Source: Pseudomonadota bacterium
Lineage (GTDB): Archaea; Thermoplasmatota; SW-10-69-26; JACQPN01; JAJPHT01
Length of the DNA stretch: 64,000 bases
Direction: 5' to 3'
NCBI GenBank assembly: GCA_021325135.1
Contig: JAJPHT010000016.1
Location: forward strand, 1-64,000
Shown piece by piece: positions 45,136 to 53,653 of the stretch. The position numbers were made by a program, and so were the translations under genes. The notes under the pieces were generated by a model. It saw only the letters and a program-made list of their open reading frames with translations. It made no database searches and was not told where the DNA came from. Numbering within the stretch: position 1 is the stretch's first letter; each line of letters starts with the position of its first letter.

Positions 45136-47558
45136 GGCTCCACGCTCACGGTGGACGTGCCGTCGTCCAGCGCCTCCACGCGCAGCACGGTCTCGGCGGC
45201 GTCCTTGACGTCGGGAATGTGCGTGACGAGAAGGATTTGCCGGAAGTGGCCGGAGAGCCCCTTGAGCGCCTGGAGGATGTTGGCCTTGCGGATCTCGTCC
45301 TGGCTGCCGAAGATCTCGTCGAGGGCGAGGAAGCCGAAGCCGTCGGTGCCGGCGCGCTCGGCGACGACCTGGGAAACCGCGAGGCGCAGGCAGAGGTTCG
45401 CGAGGTCGCCCTCGCCGCCGCTGAAGCGCGCCAATTCGAAGGCCTCGCCCTCGTCCAGCACGCGCAGGCCATAGTCCTCGCCCACCTCCAGGTCCGCGTA
45501 GCGCCCGTCGGTCATCTCGCGGAAGAGGCGGCCCGCGTGGCTCGACAACAGCGGGCGCAGGCGGCCGATGAGGTGGTCCTTGAACTCGGGGAGGAGCCCC
45601 TGGTCGCGGTCGCCGGCCAGTTGCTCCAGGAGCGTCAGGCGCGTCTCCAGCGCCTTCGCGCGGGCGGCGAGGTCCTGCTGGTGCGCGATCTCGGCCTCCA
45701 GCGCCTTCGCGGCGTCGGCCTGCCGCGCGAGGTCGCCCTGCGCGCGCTCGCGCTGGATGCGCGCCTCGGTCAAGCGCCCCTCGGCGACGTGCGTCGCGGC
45801 CTCGGCGGCCTCGTGCGCGGCGGCGTCGAAGCCCAGCGCGTCGCGGCGGGCCTGCGCCTGCGCGACGGCCTCGCGCGCCTCGGCCTCGGAGAGGCGAAGC
45901 TCCTCCAGGAGCGCGAGGAGGTCCTTCTCGCGGTCGGCCTGCGCGGCGAGCGTGGCGTGCCGCCGCGCGCCGGCCTCCAGGTCCGCGACGAGCCTGCGCG
46001 TCGCGGCCTCCGCGGCGGCGTCGTAGGGCTCCTCGCCCAGGGCCGTCGCCTGGTCGGCGAGCCGCGCGACGCGCGCCCTGGCGTCGCCCTCCCGCGCGCG
46101 GGCGGCCGCGAGGCGCGCCTCGTCGCCCGCGAGGCGCTGGAGCTTCTGGGAAAGCTCCTCCGCGCGCGCGGCGAGGTCGGAGAGCGCCTTGCGCGCCGCC
46201 GCCTCCTCGGCGCCCAGCGCGGCGAGGCGCGCGGAGCCCTCCGCGATGGCCGCGCGCTCGCGCGCCATCTCGGCGTCGAAGCCGTGGAGAAGCTCGCCGT
46301 GGTGCTCGCGCAGGGGGCGCGTGCAGGTGGGGCAGGGCGTCTCGGGGCCCATGTCGCGGATGCGCTTCGCGCGCGTCTCGACCTCGTGCAGGGCGCGCGC
46401 CCGCTCGCGGACGCCCGCGTCCACCGCGCTGCCCGCCTTCACGGCCGCGTCGAGGCGCGCCTGCAGCACGGGGCGCTGCGCCGCGACGCGCTCGGCCTGC
46501 GTGCGCACCGCCGCGAGGGCGGGGAGGCTCTCCTGGAGCGCGGCGGCTTCGGCGGCGGCGCGCTCGGCCTCCGTCTGCGCCTTGGCCATCTCGGCGCGCG
46601 TGCGCGACAGCTCCTCGTGGCGGACGCGCCGCGCGGCCAGCGCCTCCAGCCGCTCGCGCGCCTCGGGGAGCGACGCGAGGCGGGGCGCGATCAGCGCGGC
46701 CTCCGCGGCGGCGGCGCGCGCCTGCGCAAGCTCCGCCTGGCGCCCCTGGGCCTGCGCGACGACGTGGCCGAGGCGCTGCTCCGCGAGGCGCATCGCGGCG
46801 AGGACGAGCTTGTGCTCCTCCGCGCGCTTGCGCCCCTCGTCGCGCCGCGCGCGCAGGTCCTCCACCTCCTCCACCAGGGCCAGGATGCGCGCCTCGGCGT
46901 CGGCGAGCCGCGCGCGCCCCGCCTGCGCCTCGGCGCGGCCGCGCTGGAGCGCCTCTGCGAGCGCGGCGGGGTCCTTGAGCGCGGCGCGCAGCCCGCCAAG
47001 CTCGGCCTTGGCGTCGCGGCGCCGCGTGCGCGCGCCCGCGATGGCGCCGTCCACCGCGTCCAGGCGCAGCAGGGATATCAAAAGCCGCTTGCGGTCGCTG
47101 GCTTTGGCGTCGCTCAAGGCGGAAAGCTCGCGCTGGCGGGCGACCAGCGTCGTGAAGAACGCGACGCGGTCCATGTGGAAGAGGCGCTCGACGTAGGACG
47201 CGGCCTCCGCGTGGCTGCCGGCGCCGGGCGGCACGACGAGCCGGCCGTCCACCTTCACCGCCGCGACGTGGCTCTCCCCCTTGCCCAGCAGCTCGCGCGT
47301 CACCTCGTAGGCGTGCGCGCCCAGGCGGAACTCCAGGTGGACGCGCACGTCGTCCGAAGGCGCGGCCCCGCGGCGCTTGATCAGGTCCTTTCCGGTGCGC
47401 GCCGCCTCGTGGCCGTAGAGGCACCACCCGATGGCCTCCAGCAGCGTGGACTTCCCCGCGCCGTTGCGGCCCACGAGGGCGATGACGCCGTCGGGAAGCT
47501 CCAGGTCGACGAACCGCAGGCGCCGGAAGTTCTGGATGCGGACGCGGTCGATCCTCAC
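45132..47558 (-). CDS. rad50: Rad50 DNA double-strand break repair ATPase
   Basis: GRNGAGKST, coiled coil, zinc hook CPTC, FSGGE, LDEIFGSQD. Confidence 0.95.
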   Translation of the reverse strand: MRIDRVRIQNFRRLRFVDLELPDGVIALVGRNGAGKSTLLEAIGWCLYGHEAARTGKDLIKRRGAAPSDDVRVHLEFRLGAHAYEVTRELLGKGESHVAAVKVDGRLVVPPGAGSHAEAASYVERLFHMDRVAFFTTLVARQRELSALSDAKASDRKRLLISLLRLDAVDGAIAGARTRRRDAKAELGGLRAALKDPAALAEALQRGRAEAQAGRARLADAEARILALVEEVEDLRARRDEGRKRAEEHKLVLAAMRLAEQRLGHVVAQAQGRQAELAQARAAAAEAALIAPRLASLPEARERLEALAARRVRHEELSRTRAEMAKAQTEAERAAAEAAALQESLPALAAVRTQAERVAAQRPVLQARLDAAVKAGSAVDAGVRERARALHEVETRAKRIRDMGPETPCPTCTRPLREHHGELLHGFDAEMARERAAIAEGSARLAALGAEEAAARKALSDLAARAEELSQKLQRLAGDEARLAAARAREGDARARVARLADQATALGEEPYDAAAEAATRRLVADLEAGARRHATLAAQADREKDLLALLEELRLSEAEAREAVAQAQARRDALGFDAAAHEAAEAATHVAEGRLTEARIQRERAQGDLARQADAAKALEAEIAHQQDLAARAKALETRLTLLEQLAGDRDQGLLPEFKDHLIGRLRPLLSSHAGRLFREMTDGRYADLEVGEDYGLRVLDEGEAFELARFSGGEGDLANLCLRLAVSQVVAERAGTDGFGFLALDEIFGSQDEIRKANILQALKGLSGHFRQILLVTHIPDVKDAAETVLRVEALDDGTSTVSVEP

Positions 47559-48676
47559 GAGGACCCTCCCGCGGCGGCCTCGGCGAGGAGCGTCTTCGCC
47601 TCGGCGAGGAGCGCGTCCCGGTTGTCCCCCTGGAGCGTGCGCCGGGAGAGGAAGCCCTCGAACTCGTCCTCCAGGCTGCCCAGCGCGGCGCTCGCCACGC
47701 CCTGTGCCTCGCGGCGGATGATGTCAGGCTGGAGGTCGAAGTGGAACGCGGCCTCGGTGAGGCTCTTCACGCGGCGGAAGTCCAGCGTCGCGTGCACGTG
47801 GGCCGGGATGCCCGTGACGCGGAGGCGCGCGATGGCGTCGCGCAGGTCCGCGGAGGCGAGGCGCTCGTAGAGCGCGCCGGGGATCGTCGCCTCGTCCACG
47901 CCCTCGCACGAGAGCGTGGGCAGCATGCGCATGGGGCGCGAGGGCAGGATGCGCGGCTCCACCGCCCCCTTGCGCAGGTCCACGAGGTTGACGCCCTTCT
48001 CCTCGCCGCACTCCTTGAAGGAGCACCGCTCCGTGCTGCCGGCGTACCACGCGCGCGGCGCGACCTCCACCGCGCGGTGGTAGTGCCCCAGCGCGACGTA
48101 GTCCATCCCCTGGGGGAGCTCGTTCTGCGGGACGACCTGCTCGTGGAACTCGCCGGTCCTGAAGTCGCCCACACCCACGACGCCCGCGTGCAGCGTGGCC
48201 ACGTTCCAGCGCGCGTCCGCCAGGGGCCGCACGTCGCGAAGCTGGGCCAGCAGCGCGTCGTTGTCCGCCGCGTGCGGCGTCGCGTGGATGGCCAGGTCGC
48301 CCACGCGCACCACCTCGGTCCTCCCCTTGTAGACCGCCCGCACGCCCGGCACGAACTCCAGGAGGCGCAGCACCGCCCCCGTCTCGCGCAGCCGCGGCGC
48401 CTCGTGGTTCCCCGAGATGACGACGAAGGGGATGCGCGCCTCGTGGAGCCTCCGGCACTGGTCCATGACGTGGTGCAGCGCGCGGTTCGTGGGCCTCACG
48501 CTATCAAAAAGATCGCCGCTGTGGAGCACGACGTCCACGCGCTCCGCGATGGCGAGGTCCACCACCCGGCGGAAGGCGTCGAAGAAGTCCTGCTCCCTGG
48601 CGTTGAGGCCCTCCGGAGTGACGCGGCTGTACGCGGCGAACCCGACGTGGGTGTCGCTGACGTGGAGGAGCCTCAC
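47555..48676 (-). CDS. mre11: Mre11 nuclease
   Basis: SDTH, GDLFD, GNHE, ALGHYH. Confidence 0.95.
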   Translation of the reverse strand: MRLLHVSDTHVGFAAYSRVTPEGLNAREQDFFDAFRRVVDLAIAERVDVVLHSGDLFDSVRPTNRALHHVMDQCRRLHEARIPFVVISGNHEAPRLRETGAVLRLLEFVPGVRAVYKGRTEVVRVGDLAIHATPHAADNDALLAQLRDVRPLADARWNVATLHAGVVGVGDFRTGEFHEQVVPQNELPQGMDYVALGHYHRAVEVAPRAWYAGSTERCSFKECGEEKGVNLVDLRKGAVEPRILPSRPMRMLPTLSCEGVDEATIPGALYERLASADLRDAIARLRVTGIPAHVHATLDFRRVKSLTEAAFHFDLQPDIIRREAQGVASAALGSLEDEFEGFLSRRTLQGDNRDALLAEAKTLLAEAAAGGSS

Positions 48677-48693
48677 GGGGGCCCTCCTGCTGC

Positions 48694-48807
48694 CGGGCCG
48701 CCTCCGGCGGGGAAATTCCTGGATCTCCGAATCTCGGAATCTCCGCTTTCGGAAGGGCCTGATTCGGAGATCCGGAGATTCGCGGCTCCCCCGCCGGAGG
48801 CGGCCCG
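48694..48807. repeat. Nested palindrome between herA and mre11
   Basis: Outer 19-bp perfect IR CGGGCCGCCTCCGGCGGGG; inner GGATCTCCGAATC/GATTCGGAGATCC with GAATCTCN octamers. Confidence 0.88.
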
Positions 48808-48809
48808 CG

Positions 48810-50369
48810 TCAGTAGAAATCCTCCCCTGGGGCCACCCTCACCGGGGCCGCCACCTCGGCGACGCGCGCGGACTTGGAGAGCCGCTCGACGTAGTCCTCG
48901 TAGAGGTGGACCTGCGCGGGGATGGCGAAGGGCGCGTAGGGGGAGGTGATGAGCACCTCGCCGGGCATCAGCGTCTGGATCTCGTTCTCCAGGCTGGCGA
49001 CGTCCTGCTTGGCGCTGTCCTTGAGCGTCTCGCGGTCCTGCTTGTCGGCGAGGCCCATGATGAAGAGGGTGTTGAACTGGGAGAGGCACTCGCGGTCGAC
49101 GAGCTTGGGCTGCTGCGTGATGGCGCAGAGGCCCGTCTTGAACTTGCGGCCTTCGCGGCAGATGCTCGCGAAGACGTTGGCTCCGGAGGCCTTGCCCAGG
49201 ACGCGCTGCGCCTCCTCCAGCGTGATGAGCACGGGCGGAAGCTTGTCGAAGGCGGGCTCGCCGAAGGCGGCCTTGTTGGCGTCGAACACGGCGCGGGCGA
49301 GGACGCTGGTGACGAGAAGCTCCTCCTTGTCGGAGAGGCCGCCCGAGTCGACGAGGACCACCTTGCCCGCGTGAAGCTCGGAGACGATGCCGCAGCTCAC
49401 GGTGACCTTCTCGTCGCGGTGGACGAGGCCCGTGCGGAAGAGGCGCTCGATGCGGCGCTTGACCACGCTCACGGTGCCCTCGTGGAAGTGCGGGATGTCC
49501 TGGTGGATCTCCGCCGCGGTCTTGTCGTGGACCTGGGCGAGCCAGCCGTTGCCGTAGCGCCAGCGCGCGGCGTCGAGAAGCTCCCCCTGGGGTCCGGAGA
49601 ACTCGAAGAGCTGCTTGAGGTCGGCGATCTCGATCTCGTGCGCGCTGATCTGGAGCTTCGAGTGCGGGCCCTTCAGCGAGCGCGTGCTGTAGACGCGCAG
49701 GTTGCGCTCCGCCAGCGGGTGGTGCCTCAGGCCCATCTGCTTCGCGCGCCCGCCGCCGTCGTGGTACTCGCCGTGGGGGTCGACGATGAGGAGGCCGTAG
49801 CGGCCCGTGGTCATGACCGACGCGGCCAGGACGCGCATGAGGTTCGACTTGCCCATGCCCGTCGTGGCGAAGACGCCGACGTGGTACGGGAAGCTGACGT
49901 CCCCCTTGATGCCCACGGGGAACTCGACGGTGGTCTCGCCGCTGCGGAGGTAGCCCACCTCGACGTCGCCCATGTCCTCGGCGAGGAAGGCGTAGTCCTC
50001 CTCGGAGGCGCGGCGCACGCGCGCGAAGTGGGCGGGGAGCGTCTTCGCCTTGCGGAAGCGGCCCCCCTTGACGTAGCCCAGGGGAACGGCGATGCCGACG
50101 CGGTAGAGGCGCGTCTTCTGGTCCCAGAAGCCCGCGGGGTCCCAGCGCCCCTCCTCCTCAAGCGCCATCATGCGGCCCGCCATGCGGGCGGCCAGCTCGG
50201 GCTCCCCTTCGAGGCCGAACCGGACGTCGGTCACGCGCATGAGAAGCGGGACCGAGCCCTCCCCTTCCGCCACCAGGAGGTCGCCCACGCACACCTCGGC
50301 GTCGTGGGGGCAGCGGAAGGCCAGCTCCAGGACGGAGTTCCCGACGATTCGCCCCTGGACGTCCGACAT
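48810..50369 (-). CDS. herA: HerA bipolar helicase/ATPase
   Basis: N-terminal HAS barrel, ATTGMGKSN, DPHGEY, EEAQ, REGRKF, TQQP, SQFNT. Confidence 0.93.
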   Translation of the reverse strand: MSDVQGRIVGNSVLELAFRCPHDAEVCVGDLLVAEGEGSVPLLMRVTDVRFGLEGEPELAARMAGRMMALEEEGRWDPAGFWDQKTRLYRVGIAVPLGYVKGGRFRKAKTLPAHFARVRRASEEDYAFLAEDMGDVEVGYLRSGETTVEFPVGIKGDVSFPYHVGVFATTGMGKSNLMRVLAASVMTTGRYGLLIVDPHGEYHDGGGRAKQMGLRHHPLAERNLRVYSTRSLKGPHSKLQISAHEIEIADLKQLFEFSGPQGELLDAARWRYGNGWLAQVHDKTAAEIHQDIPHFHEGTVSVVKRRIERLFRTGLVHRDEKVTVSCGIVSELHAGKVVLVDSGGLSDKEELLVTSVLARAVFDANKAAFGEPAFDKLPPVLITLEEAQRVLGKASGANVFASICREGRKFKTGLCAITQQPKLVDRECLSQFNTLFIMGLADKQDRETLKDSAKQDVASLENEIQTLMPGEVLITSPYAPFAIPAQVHLYEDYVERLSKSARVAEVAAPVRVAPGEDFY

Positions 50370-50584
50370 TCGGCGACCCCTACGGCGCAGCGTAGGGCGA
50401 TCCCCTTCTTGATGATGGAGGGCTGGCCGAAACAAGGGGCCGATTGCTGGTGGAGCCGGTGGAGCAGAGTCCTACCGCGCACGCTTCGCCTTGGGGGCGA
50501 GGCGGTCCTTCGCGATGATCGCGGGAGGGAACGGCTCGACGTCGGCAATGCGCTTGGCCTTGGCACCCACGGAAACCAGGAAGA

Positions 50585-51082
50585 TCACCCCAATAAATAA
50601 AGAGCCGTCCCTCCGGCGAGAAGCGTGGAGACGGCCAAGGCCGCCAACCCCACCTGGCGCGACCGGCTTGCGTGCATCATGATGCGCGCGTTCCCTTCGA
50701 AGTAGAGCGCGTAGCCGCGGAGCACCGAGAGCAGGTGCCGCTCGCGGGACCACGACGGGTCGTTGGCCACCTCGGCGAGGCGCGCAAGGTTCGGCCCCGC
50801 CTGGACCTGCCCCCGCCGCCGGATGCCCAGGTAGGCGTCGAGGAACGCCAGGACGGCGAAGAACGCCGCGCCCAGCGCGCAGCCGAAGGCCGCCCGGACG
50901 GGCAGGCCCAGGTCGTGCCGCTCGGCGACGTAGGCGAGGATCGCGACCTCGCCCCCCAGGGTGGAGACGGCCAGCGTGAGCATCTGCTCGGTCTTGTCGT
51001 CCAATTCCTCCGCCGCGCGAAGCTGCGTGTCCAGCGTCCGCTCCGCCTCCCGGAGCATCTCGGCGAGGAGCCGGCGTGGCAC
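50585..51082 (-). CDS. Hypothetical membrane protein
   Basis: About 3 TMs; LDDK motif before the first TM. Confidence 0.6.
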   Translation of the reverse strand: MPRRLLAEMLREAERTLDTQLRAAEELDDKTEQMLTLAVSTLGGEVAILAYVAERHDLGLPVRAAFGCALGAAFFAVLAFLDAYLGIRRRGQVQAGPNLARLAEVANDPSWSRERHLLSVLRGYALYFEGNARIMMHASRSRQVGLAALAVSTLLAGGTALYLLG

Positions 51083-51136
51083 GCCCCTGACGAACGTCGT
51101 CGAAGAGATAACCGTTGTCCCGGGATCGCTCCACGA

Positions 51137-51754
51137 TCACGGCTCGGCCATGAAGCGGCGGAACTCCTCCAGGGTGCGGGGCTGCATGGTGTGGTTGTGG
51201 GCCTTCTCGTGCCCCAGCGTGGAGGTGGGCGTCTTGCCGTAGTCGTGGCCGGGCAGCACGACGAGGTCGTCGGGCAGCGAGCGCAGGATCCCCGTCAGCG
51301 ACCGGTGCATGTCGTCGACGCTGCTCCCGGGCAGGTCGACGCGGCCGCACTCGCCCACGAAGAGCGTGTCGCCCGTGATCAGGTGCGTGCCCTCCACGAG
51401 ATAGCAGACGGAGTCGAAGCGGTGGCCCGGCGTGTGGAGGACCTCCGCCTCGACCGCGCCCACGCGGAAGCGCGCGCGGTCCGCGTGGCGCGCGTCCACG
51501 GGCGCGTGGTCCGCGCTGACGTGCGCGTGGACGGGGGCCCCGGTCAGCTTCTGGACGCGCGGGATGCCCTGCACGTGGTCCGGGTGGCCGTGGGTGGCCC
51601 ACACCTGCGCCACGCGCAAGCCGCGGGCCTTCGCCTCGTCCACCAGGCGCTCGGGCTCGAAGCCGGGGTCCACCAGCGCGGCCTCGCCCGCGTCGTCGGC
51701 CACGAGGTAGGCGAAGTTCTGCATGGGGCCCACGCGGATCTGGTGGACTTGCAC
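51137..51754 (-). CDS. MBL-fold hydrolase (glyoxalase II-like)
   Basis: THGHPDH, HTPGH, TGDTLF, LPGHDY. Confidence 0.93.
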   Translation of the reverse strand: MQVHQIRVGPMQNFAYLVADDAGEAALVDPGFEPERLVDEAKARGLRVAQVWATHGHPDHVQGIPRVQKLTGAPVHAHVSADHAPVDARHADRARFRVGAVEAEVLHTPGHRFDSVCYLVEGTHLITGDTLFVGECGRVDLPGSSVDDMHRSLTGILRSLPDDLVVLPGHDYGKTPTSTLGHEKAHNHTMQPRTLEEFRRFMAEP

Positions 51755-51908
51755 GCGCGACGCAGCGGCCGGATCGGGGATGAAGGTGCGCTCCCGATGC
51801 GGAACCCGAAATCTCCAAGCGCCTCGCGGAGGATGGCCCTTCGCGCAGCGAGGAGGATTGGCTCCCGCTGGACCGGGGTAGATGCGCTGCGCCCGAGCGT
51901 GCGTGCGC

Positions 51909-53141
51909 ATGGCCGTGGCCCTGGGCGTCCTCCTGCTGAAGCTCCTCATCCTCCTCGTCGCGGCGAAGCTCGCCGGCGAGGCCGCCGAACGGCTGCGCCA
52001 GCCCGCCGTGCTGGGCGAGCTGCTGGCGGGCGTCCTCCTGGGGCCCAGCGTCCTGGGCCTGATCACGGGCGTCTCCTTCACCGGGGACGCCGGGGGCGGC
52101 GAGGTCGTCCGCTTCGTGGCGGAGCTTGGCGTGATCCTCCTCCTCTTCGAGGTGGGCCTGGAGACGCGCCTCAAGGACATGGCCAGGGTGGGCGCGTCCA
52201 GCTTCCTCGTGGCGCTCCTGGGGATCGTGGGCTCCTTCGCCGCGGGCTTCGGCGTCTCCTTCCTGCTGGGCGTCGCGGGCTTCTGGAGCGCGAGCGCCCT
52301 CTTCCACGTCTTCGTGGGCGCGACGTTCACCGCCACCAGCGTGGGCATCACGGCGCGCGTGCTCAGCGACTCGGGCCGCCTCGCCACCGCGGAGGCGCGC
52401 ATCATCCTGGGCGCGGCCGTGCTCGACGACGTGGGCGGCCTCCTCATCCTCGCCTTCGTCACGGCCCTCGCGGCGGGCGCCGTCTCGGCGGGCGCGCTCG
52501 CCTTCACGGGCCTCGTCGCGATCCTCTTCCTGGCCGCCGCCGTGGGGCTCGGCCTCTGGATCATGCCGCGCGTCATGGACGCGCTGGCCGACCTTCGCGT
52601 GCGGGGCGCCGTCCTCACGGGCGCGGTCGCCTTCTGCCTCCTCCTCGCGTGGGGCGCCGAGTCGGTCCACCTCGCCGCCATCGTGGGCGCCTTCGCCGCG
52701 GGGCTCGTCCTCGCCGCCACGCGCCAGCACGCCGCCCTCTCCGAGCGCGTGCGCCACGTCGCGGACCTCTTCGTGCCCTTCTTCTTCGTCTACGTGGGCC
52801 TCCAGGTGGACCTGCGCGGCGCGGGCGCCGAGGCGGGCCGCATCGTCGTCGCCGTCGTGGCGCTCCTCCTCGCCGCCGTCGCGGGCAAGCTCGTCTGCGC
52901 GTGGGGCGTCCGCGAGAAGGGGCTCAACCGCTACGCGGTGGGCGTCGGCATGGTGCCACGCGGCGAGGTGGGCCTCATCTTCGCCCTCGTGGGGCTCACG
53001 ACGATGGTCCAGGGCGCTCCGCTCATGCAGCCGTGGGAGTACACGGCGATCCTCCTCGTGGTGGCGCTCACGACGTTCGTGACGCCGCTGTGGCTGAAGG
53101 CGGCGATGCGCGCGTCACCCGAAGATACTGCCCAGCCCTGA
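51909..53141 (+). CDS. CPA2 cation:proton antiporter
   Basis: LLFEVGLE, ATSVGIT, AAVLDD, MVPRGEV. Confidence 0.93.
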   Translation: MAVALGVLLLKLLILLVAAKLAGEAAERLRQPAVLGELLAGVLLGPSVLGLITGVSFTGDAGGGEVVRFVAELGVILLLFEVGLETRLKDMARVGASSFLVALLGIVGSFAAGFGVSFLLGVAGFWSASALFHVFVGATFTATSVGITARVLSDSGRLATAEARIILGAAVLDDVGGLLILAFVTALAAGAVSAGALAFTGLVAILFLAAAVGLGLWIMPRVMDALADLRVRGAVLTGAVAFCLLLAWGAESVHLAAIVGAFAAGLVLAATRQHAALSERVRHVADLFVPFFFVYVGLQVDLRGAGAEAGRIVVAVVALLLAAVAGKLVCAWGVREKGLNRYAVGVGMVPRGEVGLIFALVGLTTMVQGAPLMQPWEYTAILLVVALTTFVTPLWLKAAMRASPEDTAQP

Positions 53142-53405
53142 GGCCGCCGCGTCGTCCTCGGCCTGCATGATATCATGAAGCCTCTGCGCGTCGGGCGCGC
53201 GCTCCGCGAAGTCCAAGAGCAGCGCGTCCGCGCGGAGGATGCCCGCGTCGCTGCCGTCCACGAACAGGTAGAGCCAGTCCCCCGGCTGCCCGAAGTGCCG
53301 CGCGTCGCGCACCTGGAGGCTCTGCCGTGACAGGGTGTCGTCGCCCAGGGCCTCGTCGAGGCGCGCGCGCTGCGAGGCTTTCAGCCGGTAGACCTGCCAG
53401 GCCAT
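53115..53405 (-). CDS. Conserved archaeal hypothetical protein
   Basis: DDTLSRQS...RDA...AEDDAAASGLGSIFG; coding-like codon use. Confidence 0.7.
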   Translation of the reverse strand: MAWQVYRLKASQRARLDEALGDDTLSRQSLQVRDARHFGQPGDWLYLFVDGSDAGILRADALLLDFAERAPDAQRLHDIMQAEDDAAASGLGSIFG

Positions 53406-53469
53406 CGCTCCAGGATGGGGGGCGCAGGGGCTTGAGGGTTCGCCTCTTGCTGGGCCCTCTGCTCCTTCC

Positions 53470-53622
53470 TTGGGGGACTCCGTCCCCCAAACCCCCACAA
53501 CACCCGAATCTCAGAATCTCCGAATCAGCGCCACGACAAACACTCGCGGGTGGTTTCCTCCCCGGTGATTCCGAGATTCGGAGATTCGGGTTTCGCGGGG
53601 GCCTGGGGGCGGCAGCCCCCAG
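53470..53622. repeat. REP-like palindrome cluster with octamer-periodic central hairpin
   Basis: TTGGGGGAC..GTCCCCCAA; 26-bp IR (24/26) at 53502-53591 built of GAATCTCN; CTGGGGGC..GCCCCCAG. Confidence 0.8.
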
Positions 53623-53653
53623 CGGAGGCGGAAGCCCAAGGAGCCCCTCCCAC

